Source: Bacteroidota bacterium (lineage in GTDB: Bacteria > Bacteroidota > Bacteroidia > AKYH767-A > OLB10). Taken from it: a DNA stretch of 64,000 bases. The stretch is taken from the NCBI GenBank assembly GCA_024638565.1, contig JAHEKC010000003.1:1285-65284 (forward strand). Reading direction: 5' to 3'. A program made the translations under genes and the position numbers. The notes under the pieces were generated by a model that searched no databases, was not told the DNA's origin, and saw nothing but the letters and a program-made list of their open reading frames with translations. Numbering within the stretch: position 1 is the first letter of the stretch; each line of letters begins with the position of its first letter. Below, piece after piece: positions 1 to 10,593 of the stretch.

Positions 1-2698
1 GAAATCACCGGCGATGTAGGAAAGCGTTCCGGTGAGATTTACCGGAAGCGATACCAGTCCGGGCGACAGGGCGCCGGTCCAGGCCGTGGTATCGAAAGGT
101 TGCCCGTTGATGGCCCATACGATGTTGGTGGCCGTGATGGGCTGACTGCCGAAATTCTGGAATACCACCGAGATGTTGGCTGTCTGGCCCACGGGCGCGA
201 AGCTGCCAGCCGCAGGGTTGTTGAACAGGATCACCCCGGCGTCCTGCGGACCGGGTTGCGTGATGCAGATGTCATCAATGCTGACACCCGACAGCGGTGA
301 GCTGGTGGAAGACCGGAAGATAAACCGGAACTGCAGGAACTGCTGGCCCGGGTTGGCCGCAATGATATCATCGATGAAGTATGTACTCTTTTCCCAGCCG
401 CTGGAAGAACCGTTCCATCCCGGCAAATTGTTCGCGAAGTTGGGTGTGGTATACCAGTTGATGGCGGTTCCGGGAAGCGACGGTACGTTGTTATCCCAGA
501 GGATATTCCAGGTGGTACCGCCATTAAAGGAATATTCGAGGTAGAGTCCGTCGTTGTTGTTGATATTCCGGTTCTGCCAGAAGGAGAACGACGGGTTTAC
601 GGTACCGGCAATGTCGTAGATCGGCGTGGTAAGCGTACAGGACTGGTTGGTCAGGTACGGCGTGGACAGGTTTACGTCCCATGCGATCACGCCGGAATTT
701 GCCGAGTTCGTCAGGCCGAAGGCCGGCATACCGATATCCCATATCATGGCCGCGTTGGTAGACGAGGTCTGGAAGCCCAGGTTTCCGTTCTCCAGGTCGT
801 CACAGGCCGTGGGTGCCAGCACGGGCACACCAGTCAGGGTCACACACGAAGTATCGTTAAAGCTGTTGCCGTCCATCGCCAGGTCCGTCCAGGCGCATAT
901 CGTATAGGCACCCACCGGGATGGTGAAACATGGCGGCATCGGGAACACGGGAGAACTCATGCCCGCCAGGATGGTACCGGAATAGTTGAACGGCCCGAAG
1001 GTAATGGGCCCGCCGCCGCCGATACTGTCTATGGAGTAGTAAACATCAAAATTGGAAATGTCGTTCAGGCCGAAATTCTCGATCGTCACCTTGATCGTAT
1101 CGCAGAAGCCTGCCGGCCCCGATGCGCCGGGCTGGTTGATCACCGTTACGCCGGCATCCCATGGCTGCGGTTCCTCGATACAGAAGTCATCCACGGAAAC
1201 ACCATCCAGGTTGACCGAAGCGTCACTGGTGAAAACGAACCGGAACTGCGCCTGGGCCTGTGCAGCCGGGAAAACGTATTCCGCCTGGAACCATCCGCCC
1301 AAGGCGGCGCTGTTGCCCGACCAGCCGGGACCGGAACCCGAGATGATGTTCGGGTTGGTATACCAGTTGGTCTGGCAACCGCAGCTGTTACCGAAATCTC
1401 CAAGTATGCTCCAGGAGGCCCCGTTGTTATCGGAAAACTGCAACTGCAGGCCTTCGAAGGTGTTTTCCATGTTGTAGTTGAGCCAGAAACTCAGTTTCGT
1501 GTTGGCCGCGAATCCGCCCAATGGCGGAGAGATCAGGTATGCTTCCGTATTGCCCTGGTAAGCGGTGGTAAGGCTGATATCCCATGCATTCGGACCGGAA
1601 TGCGTTCCGGTAGTAATGCCGAACGCAGGCAATCCCAGCTCCCAGTCGGAGCCGAAGAAGGTGGAGTCTGTCCACAGGTTCTGTGCGTCGAAGTCGTCAC
1701 AGAACGGGTATGAGATACCTGCCGAAGCGACGAACGAAATGCATCCGGATGAAGGATGGAAAGTGGTATTGGCACAGGGCGTACCGTCGATGGCCCTGAT
1801 ATAGTAGCAAACGGAGTCACCGTCCATCACGCCCGGGATCTGCGCGTTATAGTTGTTGCCGGCCACATTGGTCATCATCAGCGAGTCCAGCGGACCGCCG
1901 TTCACGTTCCAGAACAACCATACCGAAGCGATGCCGGATGCGTCAGTCACCTCCGCATCTATATCGTACGGTCCCAGGTTGTATACCGTATTCTGCCAGA
2001 CGATCCCGATCTGGTTCACCGTGGGTGGTGTCAGTTCGCAGGGAGAGACTTCCAGCCTGATGTTGTCGATCATCCAGCCGTTCATGCCCTGGCCGCCGGC
2101 CGCGCCGCCGTCATAGAGCACCCAGCGGATATGCGTGGGCAGGCCCAGCTGCGCCCACTGGGAAAGGTCGAAGTAATCCTTCTTCCACCAGCTGTTGATC
2201 GGCACCGTGGTGGGGTTGGTCGGATCCCATGTCGCACCCCATGACGATTCATTGAACGTGAATCCCTGTGCCTCGTACGAACTGCTGTTGGGCGCGGGGC
2301 CGAACAGGTCGTCCGTGATGTACTCCGAGGTCAGCTGGATCCAGTTCAGCCCGCCGTTGATGGACACTTCCACTGTTGCGATGTCAAAAAAGTTCGTTTT
2401 GCAGATGTGATCGAAGGTCAGGATGGCATTCGTATTGCCGCCCCAGTTGATCGCATTCACGGTCTGCAAGGCGATGGTATCACCTGCCGACATGGTCAGA
2501 AAAGCCGAATCGCATTGGCTTCCTTCACTGGAGAGACGGTTGTTGATGTCCCATTCGGAAGCCGGGTTGTTGGAAACCGAAATCACGGAGTCACCGAGCG
2601 AAGGAGCTTCGAAGGTTTCCGTCCAAATAAAACCAGTCTGTCCGGTTGCACCCATTGTCAAAACGGATAGACAGGCGATTAAAGTCAATTTTTTCATG
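1..2698 (-). CDS. Secreted MAM/CARDB multi-domain protein, paralog of the downstream gene. The N-terminal ~899 codons are in the window; the 3' end lies beyond the window start.
   Basis: I translated the reverse complement by hand from the ATG at 2698-2696. It gives MKKLTLIACLSVLTMGATGQTGFIWTETFEAPSLGDSVIS..., with a signal peptide, and is colinear with the N-terminus of the 2845..7404 protein (QTFTWTEDFDAPSYRDSVHT..., ...TFDHICK..., ...SIDDFCIEEP...). No stop occurs before the window edge, which explains why it is missing from the ORF track. All plus-strand ORFs here are short antisense artefacts. Confidence 0.6.
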
Positions 2699-2751
2699 TG
2701 ACTGGATTATAATTAGTTATGTGTAACGAAATAGGGTCAATTAGAATTCTT

Positions 2752-2759
2752 CAAAAATA
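2752..2759 (-). promoter_or_regulatory. Candidate Bacteroidota sigma-A -7 box (TATTTTTG on the minus strand) in a ~30% GC stretch upstream of the MAM paralog start.
   Basis: caaaaata on the plus strand equals TAnnTTTG on the gene strand. It sits 54 nt upstream of the ATG at 2698, in a 145-bp AT-rich gap. Confidence 0.3.
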
Positions 2760-2844
2760 ATCAGATTATTGATATTAAAGGCGGTAGGCCGTATTTTGAC
2801 ATTGACAATAACGTATTGCTAATGATCATTTTACATATTGTTGA

Positions 2845-5800
2845 TTACCTGATGATTACCATTTTTCTTACCTGCCGCTGATATTGCCATGTCACGGCGT
2901 AATGATAGACGCCCGGAGCCAGGCTGCGGGTGTATGCACGGAAGGCATGCCTGCCGGCGGGCAATGCACGGGCCTGTTGCCTCAGGACCACCTGCCCTGC
3001 CAGGTCGTACACTTCCAGCACCACCTGTCCGGACCCGGGCAACGTGAACGGTATGGCGGTCATATCCGAAACCGGGTTGGGAATGTTTTGCCCAAGCAGG
3101 AAGCCCTGCATCGTGTCATGCTCCTGAACGGATGTAATGCAGGATGAATCCGGACCGAGGCTTTCGAAACACACATCGTCAATGGCCCAGCCATCCCCGG
3201 AAATGGAAAAGTCACTCTGGAACCGGAACCGGAACATGACGGCATCTTCGCCGGGCCCGAAACACATTTCCTGTTCGGAAAAAATATAGCCGGCCACGGA
3301 ACCGGACCATCCGGCCGTGGGCGGCAACCCGAACGAGATCACGAATGGTGAGGTGTACCAGAACGTGCCGGGGTTGTACTGTCCCAGCGACTGCCAGGAA
3401 TTCCCGTAGTCCGTGGAATAGTCCACCGCACAGCCGTCCTGGTAGATCTCCGTGGCGTACTGGTGCCAGAAGCTGAGTTTGTACCTGTTCCCCGGGTCAA
3501 TGGTGAATGCCGGCGTGAACAGTGCCGAGGTATCCGGACTCGGGTAGGGGACGGATACGCCGGTGACCCATGCATTCGGAAATGAATGGGCACTGGTCAG
3601 GTTGACCTTGTTGGGTGTTCCGATCTTCCATGAAGAGGTGGGCGAGTAGGTAAAGGCACTCAGCGAGGTCCATAGCGGCTGGCCGCTTTCGAAATCGTCG
3701 CAGTATGATGCGGTACCGGTAACGCTGATGGTGTCGATGACCTGCAGCACATAGCATGCGGTGTCGTCCGCCGGGTCAAGATCCGTTGACGCATTGGGAT
3801 TGTCCGTGATCACGCATATGTCATGGCTGCCGGCTGTGGCAAGCCATGGGTATGAAGTAAAATTGTGATTCTGCACGCCGCCGGTAGGAAGGGCCGGTGT
3901 ATAGGTAATGTTATCCGTACCCACCATGTTGGTGCCGATCCACAGCTGTGCATCCACGCTCGTAAGCGGAGCCGTACCCTTGTTCGAAATATCAGCGTTG
4001 AAGACGATGTTCTGCCCGGTGAACACGAGCGGGAACGGCGCGTCATCGCCCACCTTTACGGGTGCCGCTGTTAGCGGGACGGGGATTTCGATACAGAAGT
4101 CATCAAGTGAGAAGCCGTCTTCTGTGATCACGGCATCGGAACAGAAGGCAAACCGGAACCGCACGTTCCCCTGGCCGGGGATGGCAAGCTGCCCCAAATC
4201 GTCCATCCGTGATTGCACCCAACCCTGGGAGCCGCCGTTCCATGCGTCGTCATTGCTGCACCCGATCATCGAGTTATACCAGTTGAAATAGGGCGCGCCT
4301 GCTCCCGCGAAGCCCATGATTGTCCAGTTACCCCCGCCTACCTGGTAATCGAGCCGCACCCCGTCGAATGGCTGTTCGGTCTGGTGGTTTCGCCAGAAGG
4401 AAAGTTTTGCATCCGCGGCATTCGAAAAGTCGAAGAAGGGAGAGAGCAGGTATACCTCTGCATTATTGCTGTATGTCGTGGTCAGGTTTATATCCCAGGC
4501 ATTAGTCCCGGAATGTGCGCTGTTGGTCGTGTTGTATGCAGGGGTACCCAGTTCCCAGGTAGTGGCTGAGTCGCCGTTATTCTGCACCGTCCACCCGGCG
4601 TTACCGCTTTCGAAATCGTCGCAATAACCATTCGCGAATGTGAGCGGGATAATGGGGATACCCACCAGCTGGATGCAGGTGGTATCGTTGGTGGTATCAG
4701 TATCCGAAACCAGCTGGGTATAAGCACATAATTCAAAGCCACCTGAAACATAGGTTAGGGTGCTGTCCAGTACGACAGGTGGGGATACGCCGCCGGGCGG
4801 CAGGGTGCCGGTCCAGGAGGTGGTGGAAACCGTGTTGCCATTGAGTGCCCAGGTGATGTCGGTGGAGATAATATCCGTACTGCCAAAATTCTGGAAAGCC
4901 ACTTCCACCGGGCTGGTATTGCCCACGGGGGCTGACGATCCCGGCATGGGACTGCTGACCAGGATCACCCCGGCATCCTGGGGTCCCGGCTGGGTCATGC
5001 ATATGTCATCGATGGAAACGCCGGACAGCGGCCCGTTGAAGCTGGTGGCGTAAATAAACCTGAATTGTACCTGCGTGGCGGACGGGTTGGCGGCCAGCAC
5101 GTCATCCAGGTAATAGATGCAATGCTGCCATCCCTGTGAATTCCCGTTCCATCCCGGAAAGCCTCCGCTGAAATTCTGTGCCGTGTACCAGTTAAGCGCG
5201 GTACCGGGCATGGAAGGCACGCTGCCGTCCCACAGGATGCTCCAGCTGCTTCCACCGTCGAGGGTGTACTCCACGTACAGGCCGTCATTCACATTGATGT
5301 GCCTGTTCTGCCAGAAGGAGAACGACGGGTTTATGGCGCCGGTAATGTCGTAAATCGCGGTTGACAGGGTGCAGCTCGCATTGTTCGCATAAACGGTAGA
5401 GAGGTTTACGTCCCATGCGTTGGCCCCCGAGTAGGCGCCCATGGTGAGCCCGTAAGCGGGTGTACCCAGCTGCCAGTTCATGGCGGGCGTGGTGGTGGAT
5501 ACCAGGTAGCCCTGGTTCCCGCTTTCCAGGTCATCGCACGTGGATAAACCGAGCACTGGTACGCCGGTGATATCGGCGCATGCCGTGTCATTGAAATGGT
5601 TTCCGTCATTGGCCTGGTCTGTCCAGGCGCAAAGGGAAAACGGCCCTGCCGGAACGGTAAAGCAGGGCAATGTATCCTGTACCATGATGCCGGGGGGAAG
5701 GCTGCCATTCCACGGGAAGGGACCTGATACCATGCCGTCAATGGCGTAATACAAATCGAAATCCGTCAGCGTATCCAGTCCGTGGTTCCTGATCGTCACG

Positions 5801-7404
5801 ATGACAGGTTCACAGCCACCGGCTACCTCCCAGACGAACGGCTGGTCTATGGACTCCACCCCGGCGTCGAAGGGAGTGGGTTCCTCGATACAGAAATCAT
5901 CTATCGAAACGCCGTCACCCGTCACGGACACATTCGAACAGAACCTGAACCTGAGTCTCAGGTTTAATCCGAAAGGAAAATTGCTGTCAAAAACATACTC
6001 CGCTTTCTGCCATCCGCCGGATGAACCCGACCACGCGTCGGCATTGCTGCAGGAAATGTTGCTGTTATGCCAGCCCGTCTGGCAATTGCATGTATTGGCC
6101 AGGTTCCCCAGTGATGTCCAGGTATTCCCGTTATCCGTCGAGTATTCCAGCCAGGTGCCGTCGGCCGCGGACTGCGTGGTGTAGTTGATCCAGAAGCTCA
6201 GCTTCGAATTCACCGCCGGCGTGGAGAACACCGGGGAGTACAGGTAGGCGGAGGTATTGTTGAGGTAGGGGGTACCAAGTGCAATGTCCCAGGCGTTTGG
6301 CGGTGAATGCGCGCCCGTGGTGGTGCTGTAGTTGGGCGTGCCCATTTCCCAGGGCGACCCGGTACCGATCACGGTGGTGGAATCCGTCCAGAGGATGGTG
6401 CCGTCGAAGTTGTCGCAGAAGGGGAAGTCCAGGCCGTCCGACACGATGAACTCGATGCATCCTGATCCCGGGTAGAAGGCCTGGTTCATGCACGCGGAAG
6501 CGTCCACGGCGTCGACGGAATAACAGATAGTATCCCCGTCCATGGCGGACGGGATATCGGCTTCGTAGAGGTTACCGGAAACGTTGACCATGCCCATAGT
6601 ATTTACCGGACCGCCGTTCACAGAATAGTGCAGCCTGACGGTATCGATACCTGAATTGTCCGTCACATCGGCCGTAACGGTATAGGGACCGGGATCGAAG
6701 ACGATGTTCTGCCAGGGTATGCCTGCCTGCCCGATGGCAGGCGGGGTCACCTCGCACGGCGCGGCCTCGATCCGGATGTTGTCGATGGCCCAGCCGTACT
6801 TCCCGTTGCCGCCGGGTGGTGAGGAACCGTCGATCAGGATCCACCTGACGATTAGCGGCAGGCCCGTGGTGGCCCAGTTCGACAGGTCGAAATATTCGGT
6901 CCGCCACCAGGTGTTGTCCGGTATGGCCGCTGCATTGCCGGGCAGCCAGTCGTTGACCCAGGACGATTCGTTGAAGACATAGCCCTGGTTTTCGAAGTTG
7001 CTGCTGTTGGGATACGGCCCGAAAAGATCATCCGTGATATATTCTGTCGTGAGCGGAAACCAGCTGGACCCGAAGTCGGGCGACACCTGTACGGTGGCGC
7101 CGTCGAAGAAGTCGATCTTACAGATGTGGTCGAATGACAGGATCACGTAGGTGTTTCCCATCCAGAACAGCGTGTCGGTGCGCAGTTCGATCGTATCTCC
7201 CACACCCACAAAGGCCGTATCACAAAAATTAGGTGATGCCGCAATCCTGTCCGTGGAATCGAATCCGTGCGTGCCGTTAAAGACCGTGTGCACGCTGTCC
7301 CGGTAAGACGGTGCGTCGAAGTCTTCCGTCCAGGTAAATGTCTGCCCGTGGGCGGCAGTTGGTGAGATGGCGAATAGTAGAATCACCTGTAAAATCCTGT
7401 TCAT
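2845..7404 (-). CDS. 1519-aa secreted multi-domain protein: an N-terminal domain, then 4 repeated MAM-like + CARDB-like modules, then a T9SS C-terminal sorting domain.
   Basis: Signal peptide MNRILQVILLFAISPTAAHG. Recurring ~170-aa modules end in ...GVSIDDFCIEEP/ICMTQPGPQDAG (MAM-like), each followed by ~100-aa Ig/CARDB-like modules. The C-terminus ...VLEVYDLAGQVVLRQQ...PGVYHYAVTW... is a Por/T9SS CTD. Confidence 0.85.
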   Translation of the reverse strand: MNRILQVILLFAISPTAAHGQTFTWTEDFDAPSYRDSVHTVFNGTHGFDSTDRIAASPNFCDTAFVGVGDTIELRTDTLFWMGNTYVILSFDHICKIDFFDGATVQVSPDFGSSWFPLTTEYITDDLFGPYPNSSNFENQGYVFNESSWVNDWLPGNAAAIPDNTWWRTEYFDLSNWATTGLPLIVRWILIDGSSPPGGNGKYGWAIDNIRIEAAPCEVTPPAIGQAGIPWQNIVFDPGPYTVTADVTDNSGIDTVRLHYSVNGGPVNTMGMVNVSGNLYEADIPSAMDGDTICYSVDAVDASACMNQAFYPGSGCIEFIVSDGLDFPFCDNFDGTILWTDSTTVIGTGSPWEMGTPNYSTTTGAHSPPNAWDIALGTPYLNNTSAYLYSPVFSTPAVNSKLSFWINYTTQSAADGTWLEYSTDNGNTWTSLGNLANTCNCQTGWHNSNISCSNADAWSGSSGGWQKAEYVFDSNFPFGLNLRLRFRFCSNVSVTGDGVSIDDFCIEEPTPFDAGVESIDQPFVWEVAGGCEPVIVTIRNHGLDTLTDFDLYYAIDGMVSGPFPWNGSLPPGIMVQDTLPCFTVPAGPFSLCAWTDQANDGNHFNDTACADITGVPVLGLSTCDDLESGNQGYLVSTTTPAMNWQLGTPAYGLTMGAYSGANAWDVNLSTVYANNASCTLSTAIYDITGAINPSFSFWQNRHINVNDGLYVEYTLDGGSSWSILWDGSVPSMPGTALNWYTAQNFSGGFPGWNGNSQGWQHCIYYLDDVLAANPSATQVQFRFIYATSFNGPLSGVSIDDICMTQPGPQDAGVILVSSPMPGSSAPVGNTSPVEVAFQNFGSTDIISTDITWALNGNTVSTTSWTGTLPPGGVSPPVVLDSTLTYVSGGFELCAYTQLVSDTDTTNDTTCIQLVGIPIIPLTFANGYCDDFESGNAGWTVQNNGDSATTWELGTPAYNTTNSAHSGTNAWDINLTTTYSNNAEVYLLSPFFDFSNAADAKLSFWRNHQTEQPFDGVRLDYQVGGGNWTIMGFAGAGAPYFNWYNSMIGCSNDDAWNGGSQGWVQSRMDDLGQLAIPGQGNVRFRFAFCSDAVITEDGFSLDDFCIEIPVPLTAAPVKVGDDAPFPLVFTGQNIVFNADISNKGTAPLTSVDAQLWIGTNMVGTDNITYTPALPTGGVQNHNFTSYPWLATAGSHDICVITDNPNASTDLDPADDTACYVLQVIDTISVTGTASYCDDFESGQPLWTSLSAFTYSPTSSWKIGTPNKVNLTSAHSFPNAWVTGVSVPYPSPDTSALFTPAFTIDPGNRYKLSFWHQYATEIYQDGCAVDYSTDYGNSWQSLGQYNPGTFWYTSPFVISFGLPPTAGWSGSVAGYIFSEQEMCFGPGEDAVMFRFRFQSDFSISGDGWAIDDVCFESLGPDSSCITSVQEHDTMQGFLLGQNIPNPVSDMTAIPFTLPGSGQVVLEVYDLAGQVVLRQQARALPAGRHAFRAYTRSLAPGVYHYAVTWQYQRQVRKMVIIR

Positions 7405-7461
7405 CAGTGAGGCGGGTCCTGCTGCCCCGTAATCCGGGGCGGTGGGCAGTTGGTTTCATCC

Positions 7462-7469
7462 CAAAAGTA
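7462..7469 (-). promoter_or_regulatory. Candidate -7 box (TACTTTTG) for the 1519-aa gene.
   Basis: caaaagta on the plus strand, 58 nt upstream of the ATG at 7404. Confidence 0.3.
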
Positions 7470-7914
7470 GGGATTCGGAACTAATCGACTGCACGTAACC
7501 CCTTAAATAATACCCACTTGTGATATAGACGCGATTGCGCCTGTGAGGGTTGCAAGCGGCCTGTAGAAAGGAGGAAAGGTTGGGCAATGGCGGCACTTGA
7601 AAAGAGGGTAAATGCAGCATTGATAATCAAGCGGTAGTCAGCAGGGGGCATGCGGCGGCGCCGTTCCAGTTAATCCCGGTTCCAATATTCCTGGGAGCTT
7701 GGGTCACTCCTGCAAAGCCTTCAACCATCAACCTGTTAATAATGGCATTGACGGTTCGACCACCTGGCGGGGATACTGCTTTTCAGGCGCCGAACCAATT
7801 AACCCCTGCCTACCGGCATGACTTCAGAAGCGTGGCGCAGGGATGGCAGGCGGGGATCACGTTTCACGAAATGACTGTCTCCTGCCGCTTGCCCAATCAA
7901 GGCATATTGCTGAT

Positions 7915-9579
7915 TTAATCCGGCATGACACTGTAAACAGTTCTATTCTGCTTCCGGTCGGTCACGGTGACGACGGTACGCCGCAGCCCGGCGGGCTTTT
8001 CACATGATAGCTTCCCGGCCTTGGGGTCCCAGTGGGCCACGCTCCAGCGCCCGTCGGTAACCACCTCGTATGTGTGGACACCGGAAAGACTGTCCGTTAC
8101 TTTGAAGACCAGCCAGGCGCCGCCCGCAAGGACGTCCAGCGAGTCGCCCGTGTAGCTGATCACCGGTGGTACCGTGTCGGGAAGCAGGGCGAACGTGCCA
8201 AAAGCGCCGATGCGCGCGGTTATCCAACCATCCATATGTGAGGAGGCTAAAGCCGATGGCGTTCCCGCCCGGTCAAGCGAAACGATGACCGCCTTGTCAG
8301 GTGGGACGCCCGGCGGCAGTTTAAGCGAGAGTCGTGGCCGCCGGTGAATGGGGATGCCACGATGCCCGATGTACCATACAGGACCCGGGAATCCTGCCAT
8401 CGTGTCCCGCCCGACAGTAAAGGCCTGCAGCCGGTAGGTGAGCGGCATGCCATCGGCCTTGAGCCTCACGAGGGAATCCATGTAATAAAACGGCTTATCC
8501 CACGTGACGGTAACTTCCGGGACGGGTGTCCGGCCAACGGGCGGCCCGGAATGCCTGAAGGTAAATGTCGTGTCCGTGCGGTTACCAGAAAAGTCGGAGA
8601 CGGTAATGCGCGCCCTGTGCGGCAATGTATCACCCGCAGACAGGAAACCATCGCCCGGGCTGAAGCGCCGCAGGGCATTGCCGGGCAAGCGGTGCAGAAG
8701 GATATAGGTGCGCCCTGGTTCCGGGGTGTCATGGTCAGTGGCGGACATGGCATAGCGCGTGTCGCTATAGCTGAACCGGCTGACCCTATGACGGTACCTG
8801 GTTTTTCCGTCCACCTCTAGTGTGACCTCCCGGGGTCCCAGGTTTATTTCAGGTGAGCCCATGTGGTCCGATATCTCGACAGACCACGCGGCCAGTTCAC
8901 CGCCACGGGGCAGCGCGAGTTGCTTACCGGCAGCGGGTGGGGTAAAGGCGGTATCCAGCCACAGCCCGCGGGGGGTGGTGCGGTAGGCATGGTAACGAAG
9001 GCCGGTGATCACAGGAGGTACGGTATCGCGGACACTGTACCCATGCGCCATGGGATCAACCGGTTCCTGTGACCGCGTGTCGCGAAGTTCGAAGTGCAGG
9101 TGGGGGCCCTGCGAGCTGCCCGTGTTGCCGCTGTATCCAATCAGCGTGGCGGGTCCGGCGGGAAACCGGCCGCGTTCCGGGAACAGGTTCACCTCGAAGG
9201 AACGAGATGCCTCCTGTGCCGCAAGTACGTAGGCCTGCAGGGTATCGCTGAAACGGCACAGGTGGGCATACACGGTGGTAAGGCCGCCCGGGTGCTCCAC
9301 GTAGACCGCATGCCCGAAGCCGCCGGCCTGGACCTTCACCCGGCTCACATGCCCGGTATCAGCTGCCGTTACGGGCAGCCCGGTGGCTTGCCCGGTCCGC
9401 AGGTCTATGCCGGAATGAAAGTGGCCGGGCCTGATCTCGGCGAAGGTGCCGGACAGGTCCGCCATGGTGTCCAGCGGCATGGCCGCGCGGAAGGGATGCT
9501 GGGCGGTGGCGGGAGCCTGGACCAGCCCCAGGGCCAGGAGCCCGGCCCCCAGCCTTTGAACGCTTGATTTTCCTTGCAT
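7915..9579 (-). CDS. M23 family metallopeptidase (LytM/lysostaphin-like) with a long C-terminal extension.
   Basis: Signal peptide. M23 motifs GHFHSGIDL (HxxxD) and GPHLHFE (HxH). Confidence 0.85.
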   Translation of the reverse strand: MQGKSSVQRLGAGLLALGLVQAPATAQHPFRAAMPLDTMADLSGTFAEIRPGHFHSGIDLRTGQATGLPVTAADTGHVSRVKVQAGGFGHAVYVEHPGGLTTVYAHLCRFSDTLQAYVLAAQEASRSFEVNLFPERGRFPAGPATLIGYSGNTGSSQGPHLHFELRDTRSQEPVDPMAHGYSVRDTVPPVITGLRYHAYRTTPRGLWLDTAFTPPAAGKQLALPRGGELAAWSVEISDHMGSPEINLGPREVTLEVDGKTRYRHRVSRFSYSDTRYAMSATDHDTPEPGRTYILLHRLPGNALRRFSPGDGFLSAGDTLPHRARITVSDFSGNRTDTTFTFRHSGPPVGRTPVPEVTVTWDKPFYYMDSLVRLKADGMPLTYRLQAFTVGRDTMAGFPGPVWYIGHRGIPIHRRPRLSLKLPPGVPPDKAVIVSLDRAGTPSALASSHMDGWITARIGAFGTFALLPDTVPPVISYTGDSLDVLAGGAWLVFKVTDSLSGVHTYEVVTDGRWSVAHWDPKAGKLSCEKPAGLRRTVVTVTDRKQNRTVYSVMPD

Positions 9580-9673
9580 TTAAAGGCTGTAATTACTTAA
9601 ATTCAAAACACTTATTAAAAAAAATTGGTTGAAAAGTTTTCCACCCTGTCATGGCCCGGCCGGGCTCCGCTTT

Positions 9674-9681
9674 TACATTTG
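9674..9681 (+). promoter_or_regulatory. Candidate -7 box TACATTTG upstream of the coiled-coil/zapA genes.
   Basis: Matches TAnnTTTG, 22 nt upstream of the ATG at 9703. Confidence 0.3.
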
Positions 9682-9702
9682 CCTCAGGTTAAAACTGCCA
9701 AT

Positions 9703-10002
9703 ATGATCGAAACCGCGGTAAACATGGACGAGGTGAAGACCAAGGTCCAGAAATTAATAAATTTGCATAGTGGACTCAGGGAGGAGGTGCAGCAGCTCGA
9801 ATCGCTGAACGCCAAGCTGAGCCGGAAATTAGAAGAACAAAAATCCAAACATAAAACGCTCGAAAGTCAACACAAGGCATTAAAAATCGCGAAGGCAGTC
9901 AGTCAGGGCGACGGTGCCGATCAGAATACCCGGGACCTGAAGATGAAGATCAATGAATACATCAGGGAAATCGACAAATGCCTCGCATTCCTGCATAAGT
10001 AA
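9703..10002 (+). CDS. Small coiled-coil hypothetical protein, upstream partner of zapA.
   Basis: The ORF 9625..10002 begins with TTG. The internal ATG at 9703 gives MIETAVNMDEVKTKVQKLINLHSGLREEVQQLESLNAKLSRKLEEQKSK..., which is heptad-rich. The 5-nt spacing to zapA suggests co-transcription. Confidence 0.5.
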   Translation: MIETAVNMDEVKTKVQKLINLHSGLREEVQQLESLNAKLSRKLEEQKSKHKTLESQHKALKIAKAVSQGDGADQNTRDLKMKINEYIREIDKCLAFLHK

Positions 10003-10007
10003 GCCTC

Positions 10008-10301
10008 ATGGAGAACAAATTATCCATCAAGTTAAACATAGGTAGCCGCCAGTACCCGCTAAGCATCAACCGGGACGAGGAGGAACAGATCCGGAAGGCG
10101 GCGACGCTGATTAATGAGCGCATCCGGCATTTCAAGGACAACTATGCCGTCCGCGACATGCAGGACCTGCTGGCCATGGCGGCCTTGCATTTCGCCACGG
10201 CTGACAAGATCCGTTCTCACGAAAACGGAAGCGTCGATATGCAGGAAGAAAAAGCGGCAGAAATTGACCTGCTGCTTTCCGAGTACCTCGAAAACCAGTA
10301 A
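10008..10301 (+). CDS. zapA: Cell division protein ZapA.
   Basis: A 97-aa protein, MENKLSIKLNIGSRQYPLSINRDEEEQIRKAATLINERIRHFKDNY..., that looks ZapA-like. It is followed by rny, the conserved zapA-rny order in Bacteroidota. Confidence 0.7.
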   Translation: MENKLSIKLNIGSRQYPLSINRDEEEQIRKAATLINERIRHFKDNYAVRDMQDLLAMAALHFATADKIRSHENGSVDMQEEKAAEIDLLLSEYLENQ

Positions 10302-10325
10302 TCGTTCTTTGAGCAGTAAGGCTTT

Positions 10326-10347
10326 GGCATCCGCCGTGGCGGATGCC
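10326..10347 (+). terminator. Perfect 10-bp hairpin (GGCATCCGCC-gtg-GGCGGATGCC) 25 nt after the zapA stop.
   Basis: Seen in the sequence. No U-tract follows, so it may be a stabilising or processing hairpin rather than an intrinsic terminator. Confidence 0.3.
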
Positions 10348-10593
10348 GCAGATAAAAGCCCGCGTAAATTCTGATCATTGTTATAAACTCAACACAAATC
10401 CACTTGGAGATAAAGCTCAGGGATTTGTAATGCAGGCCGCATCATATTGACGCAAGTCACTATGATCCTGATGTACCCGCCCAAAGGTCGGGCAGGCGAA
10501 GGGACAGCGGAAACGTGAAAAATCCGGCATCTCCACCCATGATTAAATGGGGTTTATTAACAACAGGGTTCGCGGGTTTTTTTATGGCGCTCG

